Source of the DNA: Candidatus Hodarchaeota archaeon | Lineage (GTDB): Archaea > Asgardarchaeota > Lokiarchaeia > Sigyniarchaeales > SOKP01 | DNA: 64,000 bases | Direction of reading: 5' to 3' | Assembly: GCA_048887225.1 (NCBI GenBank) | Contig: JBHLJY010000001.1 | Location: forward strand, 320,001 to 384,000 | Shown here: positions 1 through 10,910 of the stretch, in pieces | Numbering within the stretch: the first letter of the stretch is position 1 | Layout: each line of letters starts with the position of its first letter | Notes under the pieces: model-generated | Databases searched by the model: none | Told to the model about the DNA's origin: nothing | The model's input: the letters and a program-made list of their open reading frames with translations, nothing else | Translations under genes and position numbers: made by a program

Positions 1-1
1 G

Positions 2-451
2 TTGTTATTACCAGAAAGATATAAAGGGGATAAGACCGTTCACTTACTCAAAGAAACTAATTATGGAAAAATCAAACTTAAAGAAAAGAATGCTTTATTG
101 ATGGACACGCGTCAAAACATCCTTCAGACTCCTTGGGACGAGAAATTGAAGTTTGAAGAAGATATATTAAAAAAAGCGTTAGAAATAATAGACGAAGAGG
201 AACAATTAGTTCTGATACAGCAAGCCATAGCAAAGTTAATCAAAGAGGCTGAGTACACTAAGAGCGTATTGGAAGATGTCAAAGAAATTTATGAAGATGA
301 TTTAATAGAACAAATCTCAAGAGATTTAATGATACCCAAAATAACTAATTCTCGATTAAGTTTAATAAAAAATTTTATTAGACAGAGATTTTCACCTAAA
401 TTAGCTTCGAAAATCAAGAACAAGGTGGAAGAGTTTCTCGAACTTCTTTAG
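2..451 (+). CDS. Hypothetical protein, C-terminal part (5' end outside window)
   Basis: Open frame from the window edge to TAG at 449-451; helical, charged sequence; no recognisable motif. Confidence 0.7.
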   Translation: MLLPERYKGDKTVHLLKETNYGKIKLKEKNALLMDTRQNILQTPWDEKLKFEEDILKKALEIIDEEEQLVLIQQAIAKLIKEAEYTKSVLEDVKEIYEDDLIEQISRDLMIPKITNSRLSLIKNFIRQRFSPKLASKIKNKVEEFLELL

Positions 452-559
452 TTTGACATCTTTTCCTTTTAATGATTTATTCTGTATAGAAAAAGTAAAA
501 TAAAGATCTTTAATTTATTTATAAAAATCATTTAAAAATATAATAAAATGTGATTTGAT

Positions 560-1374
560 ATGGATTGGGGAATGAGAAATCGATTTTCTCGAATAATTAA
601 GCCTAAATCTGGACGCTGTGTTATGTTAGCAATAGATCATGGTTACTTTGGAAACATTCCGGGACAATTAAAGTGTTTTGATGATTTAAATCCATTGTTT
701 GAATATGCTGATGCATTAATGCTAACTCGTGGAATGCTTAGGAACTGCGTTTCCCCTGAACTAGATATTCCAATTGTTTTGAGGGTATCCGCCGGTGCAA
801 GTATGCTTAAAGAGCTTTCAAATGAAGAAATCAACGTGGCTTTAGACGATGCTTTGAGATTAAATGTAGCAGCGTTGACTTGTTCCATTTTTGTTGGTGG
901 AGAATACGAAAAACAAACTTTAATGAATTTATCTAAATTAGTAAATTGGGGTCAGCAATATGGGATTCCAACATTAGCAGTTACAGCAGTAGGGCGTGAA
1001 ATGGTGAGGGATGCTCGTTATTTAGGTATGGCAAGTAGAATGGCTGCCGAAATGGGAGCAACCTTCGTTAAAACATATTATTGTGAGAATTTCGAAGAGG
1101 TCACCAGCATTTGTCCCGCACCAATAGTAATTGCTGGCGGCAAAAAAATTGAGGAAAGAGACGCATTACAAATGAGCAAGAATGCTGTTGATAAAGGGGC
1201 TGTCGGCGTAGACTATAACTATTTTATTTAGTTATAGGCGCATATATGGGAAGAAATATATTCCAATCTGACAGCCCAATCGGTATGATAAAGGCAGTAA
1301 GAGCAATAGTCCATGATAATGTTCCAGTTGATGAGGCTTTCGAAATATATAAAAATGGTCCTAAAGGATTGTAA
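560..1374 (+). CDS. lsrF: LsrF/DhnA-family class I aldolase-like thiolase (3-hydroxy-5-phosphonooxypentane-2,4-dione thiolase-like), interrupted by a 32-nt insert at 1212-1243; 260 aa if spliced
   Basis: [13 protein letters not shown] start, [16 protein letters not shown] and PIVIAGGKK motifs. The C-terminus [23 protein letters not shown]...GL* continues in another frame (1246-1374). GTGAT RBS 5 nt before the ATG; T-tract right after TAA 1374. Confidence 0.88.
1212..1243 (+). other. Putative bulge-helix-bulge (BHB/BHL-type) intron in a protein-coding gene
   Basis: Central helix GCGT(1206-09)/GCGC(1238-41), bulges AGA(1210-12) and ATA(1242-44), intron stem CTATAACT(1213-20)/AGTTATAG(1230-37). 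Cutting after the 2nd nt of each bulge gives GTA GAT ATG GGA = V-D-M-G. Confidence 0.78.
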
Positions 1375-1377
1375 GAC

Positions 1378-1405
1378 TTTTTTTTTTTTCCTTTTTTTTA
1401 TTTTA
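1378..1405 (+). terminator. Oligo-T archaeal-type terminator after lsrF
   Basis: T12-CCC-T7 tract directly after the stop at 1374. Confidence 0.65.
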
Positions 1406-1500
1406 ACACTGAAAGGTATAGTTTTTATCAAGGTTAATTTAATAAATCTTTATTTATTTTTTTCCACATCAAAATGAGATTTATGAGAATATAATTTACA

Positions 1501-2466
1501 ATGACTATACCTAAGATAAAAAATCTTGAATTTAGAAAAGTGACTGATGATGTTTTACTCGTTCATCAAATAAAGGTACCAGATCAATTTTCTTGTTGTG
1601 ATGGATTGTTAATTTTACCAAAAAAAACCCGTAATTCTAATACTATTGTCCTTGATTTAAATATTGAACCTAAATATTCTATAGAAATTTATAAAAAATT
1701 AGGACCTATTTTACATTATGTTTGTACTCACGGGCACATGGACCACATGTCTCATGTATACGGATGGGAAGCATTAAATGCATCTATACATGCTCCTTTC
1801 TCTGAAGCATATTATTTGACTGATTTATACAATTTTTACAATGGTTTTGGTTTCTCTGAGATGATGGATTTTCACACAATTGAAAAATTTGCTCATATAA
1901 ATAAATATTTTAGCTGTAAAGAAGTGAATACATTTGAACCAGGAGATATCTTAAATTTTGAAAATTTCGAAGTCGAAACTATTCCATTTAAGGGTCATTC
2001 CAAAGCGCATGTTGGTCTTTACCTTCCTTCCGAAAAAATACTACATATTAGTTGTCTTGGATTTGATCAACCCGAACCTGAGGCGGAGAGATTTGGACCT
2101 TGGTATGGATTTGAAGAATGTTCTATTGAACAATATCTGAATGATATTGATATAGCAGAGACGATTTTCCTTGAACGAGCAGAATTTCTAACTTCCAGTC
2201 ATGCTTACATCGTGAAAAATCCAGATAAAACACCATTCGAATATATGAGGAGAAAAATTAAAGAAAATCAAAAAAAAATCAATATGGCAATAATAACCAC
2301 AAAATTAAGTTTAGATTTAGAGGAGAGTGCAAAAACATTATTAGAACAAGACTTATTTTTCAAGAAGAGCAAAATGAAAGGATTTCTTAAGAAAATATAT
2401 ACACTATGGGAATATTGGATAATTACAAATCATCTTCAGCGTAGTTATAAAAGCTTGGAAGTTTAA
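1501..2466 (+). CDS. MBL-fold metallo-hydrolase
   Basis: THGHMDH motif, GHSKAH, late SSH. Confidence 0.85.
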   Translation: MTIPKIKNLEFRKVTDDVLLVHQIKVPDQFSCCDGLLILPKKTRNSNTIVLDLNIEPKYSIEIYKKLGPILHYVCTHGHMDHMSHVYGWEALNASIHAPFSEAYYLTDLYNFYNGFGFSEMMDFHTIEKFAHINKYFSCKEVNTFEPGDILNFENFEVETIPFKGHSKAHVGLYLPSEKILHISCLGFDQPEPEAERFGPWYGFEECSIEQYLNDIDIAETIFLERAEFLTSSHAYIVKNPDKTPFEYMRRKIKENQKKINMAIITTKLSLDLEESAKTLLEQDLFFKKSKMKGFLKKIYTLWEYWIITNHLQRSYKSLEV

Positions 2467-2542
2467 GGATTGTATTATTTCTAAGGCTAAGATATGTTCA
2501 TTATAAAGGATCTACAAATAAAAAATTAAAATACTTAAAAAA

Positions 2543-3592
2543 TTAATGAATTTCTGGTTCAATTATAACTTTCAACGACTCATTAGCATCACATACCACT
2601 TTAAATGCTTCTCCAACTTTACTGAGAGGGAATCGATGTGAAATCAAATCTACTACATTAATTTTTTTTGATTTTATCCATTTGTAAGCTTCATCTAAAT
2701 CTTGAGGAGCTGCACCATATGAAGTCATAATAGTAATTTCATTTCTCCAATAATCATTTATTGGGATTTCTAGGTTAATTCCGGGTTTGGGAACGGCAAA
2801 AAAAATGATTGTACTCCCTGATCCAGCACATTGTAATGCTTGCTTAGCTGCTGATAATGCACCAGTACAAACAATTACAACGTCGGGGGATCTTCCATCG
2901 TTTTTTTTTTTAATCGCTGCTAGAATATCATTATTTGCGTGAATCACTACATCAGCACCAAATTCTTTTGCTTTTCTTAAACGATAATCGCTTATATCCG
3001 TTGTGAATATTCTTTCTACATCTTTAGCTTTTGCTAACATAAGATGCAATATTCCTGAGACGCCACTACCTAATATTAAAAGAGTTTGTCCTTTTGTTAT
3101 TTTAGCTAATCTTTGAGCACGACATACACATCCCAATGGTTCAATAAATACGCCTTCATCATAAGAAACATTTTCATCAAGAAGATATACGCCTTTTTTT
3201 TCTATATTAACAGGCGGAACTCTGAGATATTCTGCAAACCCCCCAGGATCGTAATTTGTGTTGTGAAGCAAATTGCAAGCTGTATGATGCCCGAGTTCGC
3301 AGTAATGACAATTAAAACAAGGAACGTGATGAGATACAAAAACGCGGTCTCCAACTTTAAAATCTTTTACTTCTTCCCCAATTTCAACAATATCACCTGA
3401 AATTTCATGTCCAAGAACAAGACTATCAACACCAAGTTTTTTCATTTTTGCAATACGATAGTATTCTAAAATGTCAGATCCACATATTCCAGATTTTCTT
3501 ACTTTTATTAAGAGCTCCCCAGATCCAATTTTAGGTTTAGGCATCTCATCTTCTATCACTTTTTCATTGTTGTAATATCTTGCGATTTTCAT
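2543..3592 (-). CDS. Zn-dependent medium-chain dehydrogenase (sorbitol/threonine dehydrogenase-like)
   Basis: GICGSD, LGHE, structural Zn CxxCxxC...C, GSGVSG Rossmann motif. Confidence 0.92.
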   Translation of the reverse strand: MKIARYYNNEKVIEDEMPKPKIGSGELLIKVRKSGICGSDILEYYRIAKMKKLGVDSLVLGHEISGDIVEIGEEVKDFKVGDRVFVSHHVPCFNCHYCELGHHTACNLLHNTNYDPGGFAEYLRVPPVNIEKKGVYLLDENVSYDEGVFIEPLGCVCRAQRLAKITKGQTLLILGSGVSGILHLMLAKAKDVERIFTTDISDYRLRKAKEFGADVVIHANNDILAAIKKKNDGRSPDVVIVCTGALSAAKQALQCAGSGSTIIFFAVPKPGINLEIPINDYWRNEITIMTSYGAAPQDLDEAYKWIKSKKINVVDLISHRFPLSKVGEAFKVVCDANESLKVIIEPEIH

Positions 3593-3747
3593 AAATGATT
3601 CCCGAAAAAAATTATCCTTTAGAATATAATGTAATTTTGAGTTATTTATGAATTTTAAATTAAACTTTTTATTTATGATTATATATGTAAGTTATCGGAA
3701 TCTTCTTAAATAAAATATCTAAAATGCGTAGAATGGACGTGATTTAA

Positions 3748-4968
3748 TTGAAACTTAAAAATTTTGAAAATTTTTTAGAATTTAACGAAAAAGCGTGTAA
3801 TTTTTGCGGCCTTTGCTTTCATAAATGTCCTGTAATGAGTTTACCTCTTGACATTGCGAAAAAAGAAATTGAATCAATTATTAAAACTGGAAAATCTAAA
3901 AAAGTTTTAAATAATTGCGTTGGTTGCATGTCTTGTAACCATTATTGCCCAAATAATTGTAACCCTTATGCTTTAATTATTAATAAATGGAATGAAAAAT
4001 ACCGTAAAAAAGGTCTTCCAAATCGTGCAAACTTAATTTTAACCTTGCCATATAAAATGCCCTATATTCATTCATTTATAATTTCGAAACTTCCTAAAGA
4101 AGAATTAGAATGGATAAAAGAATGGGAGTATCATGTAAAGAATGGGAAAGAAACTATGATATACGCAGGGTGTAACCTACTTCTTCAGCCATATATTTTA
4201 CAATCTAAATTATTCGAAAATCAAACGATATTTGGCTCAACAGAGCTCTGTTGTGGTGAACCACTTTATCGTTCAGGATGTTTTGAGGGTCACGAACTAG
4301 TCGCTCAAAACCTTAAAAAAAAGTTTGAGGATATTGGTTTTAAAAAATTAATAACGCCATGTATCGCTTGTTATCATATGTTCAAATATGTTTATAAGAA
4401 AAATTATGGCATAGAAATGAATTTTGAGGTTATTTCAATAATCGATTTTTTATGGGATGAGCTTAATTCAGGTAAATATGAAATAATTCCTCTAAATTTC
4501 ACAGCCTCAATCCACGACAATTGTTGGTCTAAAGCTAGTGGCGATTATTTCTTTAATAAAGTTCGTGATATTCTTAAATTATGTGGTGTTAGAGTCATTG
4601 AGTTAGAGCATTCTCGTGAAGATGCATTATGCTGTGGTATTTCAGCAGCCAGTGCAAATTATAGTATTTTTCCTACTCTTAAACATGCAAAGATAAGATT
4701 AAAAGAGTTTAATAATTCTAAAGCAGATATAATTGTTGATTACTGCGGTGGTTGCAATTGGATATTTTTAGTTGCAAATGCGTTTTCACTTAGAAAAAAA
4801 ACCAAAAAACCTATTTATACCTTAATTGAAATCGTTCAGATGGCAATAGGAGAAATTCCTTCAGATAAATCAAAAAAAAGGGGAAAATTGATAATAAAAG
4901 CACTTATAGGGAAAATTATAAGAGCGTATTTATCAAGAGGACGTTATTATATTGAAGAAATATGTTAA
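3748..4968 (+). CDS. (Fe-S)-binding protein with CCG domains (HdrD/GlpC-like)
   Basis: Two CxxCxxCxxxCP motifs and two CCG motifs. Confidence 0.88.
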   Translation: MKLKNFENFLEFNEKACNFCGLCFHKCPVMSLPLDIAKKEIESIIKTGKSKKVLNNCVGCMSCNHYCPNNCNPYALIINKWNEKYRKKGLPNRANLILTLPYKMPYIHSFIISKLPKEELEWIKEWEYHVKNGKETMIYAGCNLLLQPYILQSKLFENQTIFGSTELCCGEPLYRSGCFEGHELVAQNLKKKFEDIGFKKLITPCIACYHMFKYVYKKNYGIEMNFEVISIIDFLWDELNSGKYEIIPLNFTASIHDNCWSKASGDYFFNKVRDILKLCGVRVIELEHSREDALCCGISAASANYSIFPTLKHAKIRLKEFNNSKADIIVDYCGGCNWIFLVANAFSLRKKTKKPIYTLIEIVQMAIGEIPSDKSKKRGKLIIKALIGKIIRAYLSRGRYYIEEIC

Positions 4969-5160
4969 TCTACCTTCCTAATTATAAATTTAGGAATTTT
5001 TTTTATATTTAGATCCAATATATTGGAATCAAACACTTTATATACTCTCACTTATTTTCCATCTTAAAACATTATTTACTAAAAATCTAAAGAAAAACAA
5101 GTCTATATTTTTTTTAATTTAGACCTTAAACTCTTTAATCTAATAAAAAATATAAAAAAA

Positions 5161-5787
5161 ATGATAGGAAATAACGATATTGAAAAAATTGAAGAAATTG
5201 TTGATTCATTTGATAACGCAATGAAAAAAGGGTTCATAAGTGCATTAATTTTATTAGTTTTAGAAAAAGAAAAAAGCTACGGATACAAAATTGCAGAAGA
5301 AATTGATGAGCTCACCTCGAGTGTATTCCAACCAACAGTTTCTACATTATATCCATTGTTAAAATCATTGAGCAATAAAGATTTAATAAATTGCATAGAA
5401 GTGGATGATTCTGGTCGGAAAAAAAAGATATATGAAATAACGACCAAGGGCCAAGAAACATTGAAAATGTTGATTCAAAAACATCAGATGATGGTCGATT
5501 CAATAAAAAATATGATTATAGATACTTTAGGGATAACTGACGAAACATCGCCATCATTTTTAGAAGATTTGGAAAAATTAATCACGACTCCTCAAATGGA
5601 ATTGATTAAAGTAAAATCTATGGAATCTAAAAAAGATATATTAAATTATCATAAAAAATTACTCGAAGAACGAATTAAAAATATGCAGAAAAATATTAAA
5701 ACGATTGATAATATTCTATCAAAATTGGATAAAAAAGGTGAAAAGGATCTTGTTGAAACGCCATCTAAAAAAATTGCAAGTCATTAA
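5161..5787 (+). CDS. PadR-family transcriptional regulator
   Basis: YGYKI, STLYPLL, GRKKKIYEITTKG wHTH signature; C-terminal coiled coil. Confidence 0.9.
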   Translation: MIGNNDIEKIEEIVDSFDNAMKKGFISALILLVLEKEKSYGYKIAEEIDELTSSVFQPTVSTLYPLLKSLSNKDLINCIEVDDSGRKKKIYEITTKGQETLKMLIQKHQMMVDSIKNMIIDTLGITDETSPSFLEDLEKLITTPQMELIKVKSMESKKDILNYHKKLLEERIKNMQKNIKTIDNILSKLDKKGEKDLVETPSKKIASH

Positions 5788-5814
5788 CGATAAAAATTAT
5801 AGAGGTAAATAGAA

Positions 5815-8800
5815 ATGGGAGTTATATTTAAACTTGCGATAAGGAATATGAAAAGGCGTAAGGCAAGGTATATCCTTACAACTATTACGCTTGTAATTGG
5901 TGTTGCGCTGTTTGGAGGCATTTTAATAGCCAGGGATTCTTTCAGGGTAATGTTTATCAAGGATATTGACAATCGAATGGGGACCGCTGATATTTTAATT
6001 CGTGAAACTGAAACGCAAGATGGTTGGTTTAGACCGAGTACTGTAGAGGATATTGAAAATTTACCTCACGTCGATTATGTTTCTTATAGAATAGCTGGTG
6101 AATATGTATATACGAGTTGGATCTTACATGGAAATCAACTTTATAATAGTACGAGAACTGCGGTATATGGGATTGATATCGATGATAGTGACGAGGAAGA
6201 ACTTGGAGGCAAACCGTATATTATAGATTCTGATGTAGACGGGGATACTATTGAAGAGCTCCTTGATGAGGGAATTAATAATTACGGGAAAAAAACTATT
6301 GTAATCACAGAGTCTTTGCAAATAAAGTTAGGAAAAAAATTTGAAGCGGGCAACAAAATTTGGGTACTACCTATAGATTATCATCTTATAATCGGGGAGA
6401 ACCAACAGGATGTAGCTGCTGATACAGCTTTATGGGATACATATACTGTTGCTGCTATAATACGAGATCTAGGTGAGGCAAGAGATTTTGACCCTGAAAC
6501 ACCATCAACCTATGATTCTCCTTCGTCAGGACCTTGCTTATTTGCCAACATTGAGACTGCACATGATCTCGTTGATGGTATTATTGATCGCACTGGTTTA
6601 TATAATCTTGTGGCGGTGGGTGTAGATGATCTTAATAATCTTGAAGGTATTATAGATGATATTGAAGACGAGCTAGGCGATGATTGGGTCGTAGCAGATT
6701 TAAAAACGGATACTATTGAACAAATTAATGATTCTGTTGATATGATGATGACCATACTGTTAATGTTTGCTATTATTGCTTTAATCCTTTCGATTATTCT
6801 AATAGTAAACATTTTTAATATTATAAAAGAAGAGCAAGAGTACGAGACCGGAATGCTCCAAGCTGTAGGTGCGTCAAAGTCGGAAACCTTTAAAATGTTT
6901 TTAACACAAGGAGTTGTAATGGGAGTTATTGGAACAATTATAGGTACAATTTGTTCTTTTTTTATGTCATACCTTATTTTTTATATAACAGTAGAATCCC
7001 TTAAGAACTTGCCAGGTGAATTTGGTGAAATGTTTGCCCAAACAGAATTCGAAATCATTCTATACCCACAGACCCTTGCATTAACCGTAGGTGTGGGCAT
7101 ATTTTCATGCATTATGGCTGCTATTTATCCTAGCTGGAAAGCAAGTCGAAAGCCTCTTATTGAATGCCTAAATCCTCTTGCACATAAAGCTGAAAGGGAG
7201 AAAAAACATCATAAAAGAAAGATTCTATATATTATTATAGCCTTCATGTTAATTGCTTATGGTTCTTGGCTTTTATATACTATAGTTGGATTTGGTCCTA
7301 GACGAGGAGGTAATGGTCAAGAGGGTTTGACAGAATCAACAGCATCCATTATTGCTCCTACACTTATTTTATTGGGTGTAATTGGGCTTGCGGCTATTTT
7401 TGTTGGTCCTATTACAAAGGGATTTATTAAAATCTTTGGCCCGTATTTAAAACATACAAAATTGCTAACAAAAAAAAATGTTTTAAGACATCATAAAAGA
7501 ACGGTGCTTACATTTTCAATGATTTCTCTAACGGTGAGTTATCTTGTTGGTATTAGCGTAATAATGGGTTCTCTTAGGGAAGGTGTTCACACTACTGTCA
7601 ATAACGTAATGGGGTGTGATATTCGAATATTTGCCCAAAACACACCTCAATCGTTTGAAGATGAACTTGAAGATATCGATGGAGTTGCTGATGTAATGGG
7701 AGTGTCTCATCGAAATGTACAGTTATTTCATGAAGATAGGAATAAATGGATTGGACACAGCTCATTAGAAAAGGATTGGGATAAATCCGTTACAGTACAT
7801 ATATTAGATCCCGACAAGGTTGAAAAATATATGACTGAAACAGTAATATTTGAGCCTAGTGATATGACGCTTGAAGATATGATGGACGAGATAAAAGATG
7901 AAAATACTATGATTATTACTGAGGAAGAAGCAGATTACTTTGATTTAGATGTAGATGATGAGGTATCAGTAAGATTTTCACTTGGAATAAGTTTTGCCTC
8001 TTTTGATGACATGCAAGCTTATAATACAGATAATGCTATAGAGGTTACACATGATGAAATTATAGAAGTAATAGCAATTGTCGAGAAGTTTCAAGGTTTT
8101 GCTACTGGAGAAATTATAGGTCAGGAAGAAGGCGCGTTTAATATATATGTATCATGGCAAACATATGAAGAGATTGCACGTAATAATCTTCCTGGAGGAA
8201 ATACCGATATTATATTCAGAAAAAAACCACAATCAGGAGATGATGGCATAGATTTATATGCACCTAATTGGTTCAATTTTTCGGAAGTATCTCCTATATT
8301 AAATAGTATAAGTGGAATAGATTATTATACAACACGTATGGATTATATCAGCCCAACCTTTGATCTCGCATTACCATTTAACCCGTTCAATCCAAATGAT
8401 TACATTGAGAAAATTATATATAATTCTTCTGTGGTTGGTATTAGGACGAATTCTACTGGAGATTTTGAAGATGATTCCTACTTTGGAAATCACAAATTAA
8501 TTAACAATACAGACTCAACAATGGAAGAGCTCTTAAATACTACTAAAAATGTATGTGTAATTGATCAAACATTCTTTAATAATATGAGAAGTAAGGATCC
8601 TTCATTTGGTATAGATTCAAATATTACAATATTTCCTCAAGAATTTAATCTATTTCCAAATACTATAGACACGGGGGCAGGCAATACTACTGCTATACCT
8701 AAAAATGGAACTATATCAGGCTCAGAAAATGCTCTTACTAATTCAGATAATGGTTATATTTCTTTTATAAGCAATAAAACTTCTTTGGAACTGAATATTA

Positions 8801-10056
8801 CCCTTAATATGTTGCTATATTTTGTGTTTAATCCTTATTTCTTAAGTCCATACAATGTTACAATAGAATCGTTCGTTAACTCATCTATTAATCTAATTGA
8901 TTTGGAGGTTTATAATTATTTTACTAATAAGTTTGACAGGCTTGGAAGTATAAATAATACAATTGAAAAAATCCACACTTTCACTTTTAATCAATATTAT
9001 CCTCCTTTCAGCTATATCGATCAAAATAGTTTGGAGCTTAAATTAAGGATTAGAGGAGAAAATGCTACATTTAATAATGCTTATAACCTAAGCGTTGATA
9101 TGTTGAATTTTCAGTTTTTTAGTTCAACACATACAATGGATCCGAGAACATGGCCTAATTACACTGTTATTGGAATAATCCAAGATCCTATGTTGTATCG
9201 TACAGAACGATTGAATTGGCAGGCAGGCTTCGAAGTGGGTTACGATATAGCAGAAACCGAAAATGCTGTCTATATTAATTATGAAAATGCTAGATCTCAA
9301 GTGTATGTTCATAATGAAGGATCTCGAAATAATGGGTCATATGATAAAATCACTCATGTTTTTATACATTGTAGATCTGTTGATGATATTGCGAAAACTG
9401 CTTCTTTATTGCGGCAATCATTAGGATCAAACTGGACTATCCTTGATATTAAAACTGGATCACCATCGGTTCCTATTGATTCATTGGCATTTAGATTAAA
9501 TGTCTTTGATTGGTATATCTGGATTGAAGAAGGTGAGGATGATGAAGATGTTTTGGATGAGATAATTGAATATATGGAAGATAACGGTTATATCATATTG
9601 TTTGCTTTTACAAGTTCATTTATCACGCAAATTTTCGAAAGTTTAGTAGATTTGATTACATTGGTTATGAATGGAATATTAGTCTTTGCTATTATAATTG
9701 CCATGATTGGACTAGCCCTTCATTGCCTTCTTACGACAATGGCTCGTCGAAGAGAAATCGGAATGCTTAGATCAATTGGGTTAAATAAAAAAGGAGTTGT
9801 AAGAACTATTTCTGGCGAAACATTAATCGTGGCATTTTTAGGAACAATAATTGGAATACTTGCAGGGTTGTTGACAGGATTTCTTATGGTATCGTCAATT
9901 CCAGACACAGGATTTCTTACGGTTACTCTTACCATTCCATGGCTTATAATCGGCTTATTAATACTTACAACAGTGGTAACAGCAATTCTTAGTTCAAGAT
10001 ATCCTTCAAAATGGGCAGCAAATATCAATATAATTGACGCAGTAAGAACAAGATAG
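5815..10056 (+). CDS. Large MacB/FtsX-type ABC transporter permease
   Basis: LAIRNMKRRKAR start; two FtsX segments (ETGMLQAVGAS; RRREIGMLRSIG); large extracellular domains. Confidence 0.9.
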   Translation: MGVIFKLAIRNMKRRKARYILTTITLVIGVALFGGILIARDSFRVMFIKDIDNRMGTADILIRETETQDGWFRPSTVEDIENLPHVDYVSYRIAGEYVYTSWILHGNQLYNSTRTAVYGIDIDDSDEEELGGKPYIIDSDVDGDTIEELLDEGINNYGKKTIVITESLQIKLGKKFEAGNKIWVLPIDYHLIIGENQQDVAADTALWDTYTVAAIIRDLGEARDFDPETPSTYDSPSSGPCLFANIETAHDLVDGIIDRTGLYNLVAVGVDDLNNLEGIIDDIEDELGDDWVVADLKTDTIEQINDSVDMMMTILLMFAIIALILSIILIVNIFNIIKEEQEYETGMLQAVGASKSETFKMFLTQGVVMGVIGTIIGTICSFFMSYLIFYITVESLKNLPGEFGEMFAQTEFEIILYPQTLALTVGVGIFSCIMAAIYPSWKASRKPLIECLNPLAHKAEREKKHHKRKILYIIIAFMLIAYGSWLLYTIVGFGPRRGGNGQEGLTESTASIIAPTLILLGVIGLAAIFVGPITKGFIKIFGPYLKHTKLLTKKNVLRHHKRTVLTFSMISLTVSYLVGISVIMGSLREGVHTTVNNVMGCDIRIFAQNTPQSFEDELEDIDGVADVMGVSHRNVQLFHEDRNKWIGHSSLEKDWDKSVTVHILDPDKVEKYMTETVIFEPSDMTLEDMMDEIKDENTMIITEEEADYFDLDVDDEVSVRFSLGISFASFDDMQAYNTDNAIEVTHDEIIEVIAIVEKFQGFATGEIIGQEEGAFNIYVSWQTYEEIARNNLPGGNTDIIFRKKPQSGDDGIDLYAPNWFNFSEVSPILNSISGIDYYTTRMDYISPTFDLALPFNPFNPNDYIEKIIYNSSVVGIRTNSTGDFEDDSYFGNHKLINNTDSTMEELLNTTKNVCVIDQTFFNNMRSKDPSFGIDSNITIFPQEFNLFPNTIDTGAGNTTAIPKNGTISGSENALTNSDNGYISFISNKTSLELNITLNMLLYFVFNPYFLSPYNVTIESFVNSSINLIDLEVYNYFTNKFDRLGSINNTIEKIHTFTFNQYYPPFSYIDQNSLELKLRIRGENATFNNAYNLSVDMLNFQFFSSTHTMDPRTWPNYTVIGIIQDPMLYRTERLNWQAGFEVGYDIAETENAVYINYENARSQVYVHNEGSRNNGSYDKITHVFIHCRSVDDIAKTASLLRQSLGSNWTILDIKTGSPSVPIDSLAFRLNVFDWYIWIEEGEDDEDVLDEIIEYMEDNGYIILFAFTSSFITQIFESLVDLITLVMNGILVFAIIIAMIGLALHCLLTTMARRREIGMLRSIGLNKKGVVRTISGETLIVAFLGTIIGILAGLLTGFLMVSSIPDTGFLTVTLTIPWLIIGLLILTTVVTAILSSRYPSKWAANINIIDAVRTR

Positions 10057-10071
10057 GTGATATGAAAGAAG

Positions 10072-10890
10072 ATGAAAGACAAACGAAAAAATGAAGCAGA
10101 GAAAAAAATTTCAAGAACCTCGGAAAAAATTTTCAGAAAAGCTTTAGAAAAAATCGATCCGAATTTAGTTCTTGATGTCAGAAACCTTACTAAAATCTAT
10201 CCACTCGGAGATTACAATGTTACAGCACTTAATAATATAAATCTACAGATTAAGAAAGGAGAATTAGTTGCTATTGTAGGTCCATCTGGATCAGGTAAAT
10301 CGACGCTGATAAATTGCCTTGGAGCACTCGACTTTCCAAATTCAGGACAAATAATATATAATATTGATGGTAAAGGAACTGGAAGCGACATTACTAAAAT
10401 GAACAGTCGAGAACATAAAGAAATGCGATTACATCAAATTGGATTAATATTTCAATTCTATAATCTCTTCCCAATTCTTACCGCATATGAGAATGTAGAG
10501 CTTCCACTGCTTCTTGGAGGAGAATCTAGAGAAGATATTAAAGAAAAAGTGGAAGGCCTTCTTAAAAGTGTAGGTCTTGGTGAGAGAATATCTCATAGAC
10601 CAACACAATTATCAGGAGGAGAACAACAACGAGTTACCGTCGCCAGATCAATGGCAAACGATCCTTTAATATTGCTAGCGGACGAACCAACAGGAGAACT
10701 TGATACTGAAACCTCGTCCCATATAGCTGAAATCTTTCTCAATTTAAAGGATGCTGGTCAATCTATTCTCATGGTCACTCATAATATTAGAATTGCTGAA
10801 ACTGCAGACAGGATTCTAACTCTTACTGATGGAGAGATTACTGCAGAAAGAAAAGGTGGAAAACCTATATCAGAAATTTGGAACGATTAA
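10072..10890 (+). CDS. ABC transporter ATP-binding protein (LolD/MacB type)
   Basis: [24 protein letters not shown]. Confidence 0.95.
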   Translation: MKDKRKNEAEKKISRTSEKIFRKALEKIDPNLVLDVRNLTKIYPLGDYNVTALNNINLQIKKGELVAIVGPSGSGKSTLINCLGALDFPNSGQIIYNIDGKGTGSDITKMNSREHKEMRLHQIGLIFQFYNLFPILTAYENVELPLLLGGESREDIKEKVEGLLKSVGLGERISHRPTQLSGGEQQRVTVARSMANDPLILLADEPTGELDTETSSHIAEIFLNLKDAGQSILMVTHNIRIAETADRILTLTDGEITAERKGGKPISEIWND

Positions 10891-10910
10891 AAAAATGGAG
10901 GACGTAAGCA

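Noticed and set aside
560-1374. Programmed frameshift or simple sequencing indel to explain the split lsrF
   Set aside because: There are 32 extra non-homologous nucleotides containing an in-frame stop, not a 1-nt slip, and the BHB cut sites predict the junction exactly.
1228-1431. Minus-strand 67-aa ORF
   Set aside because: Shadow of the lsrF second exon and its poly-T terminator.
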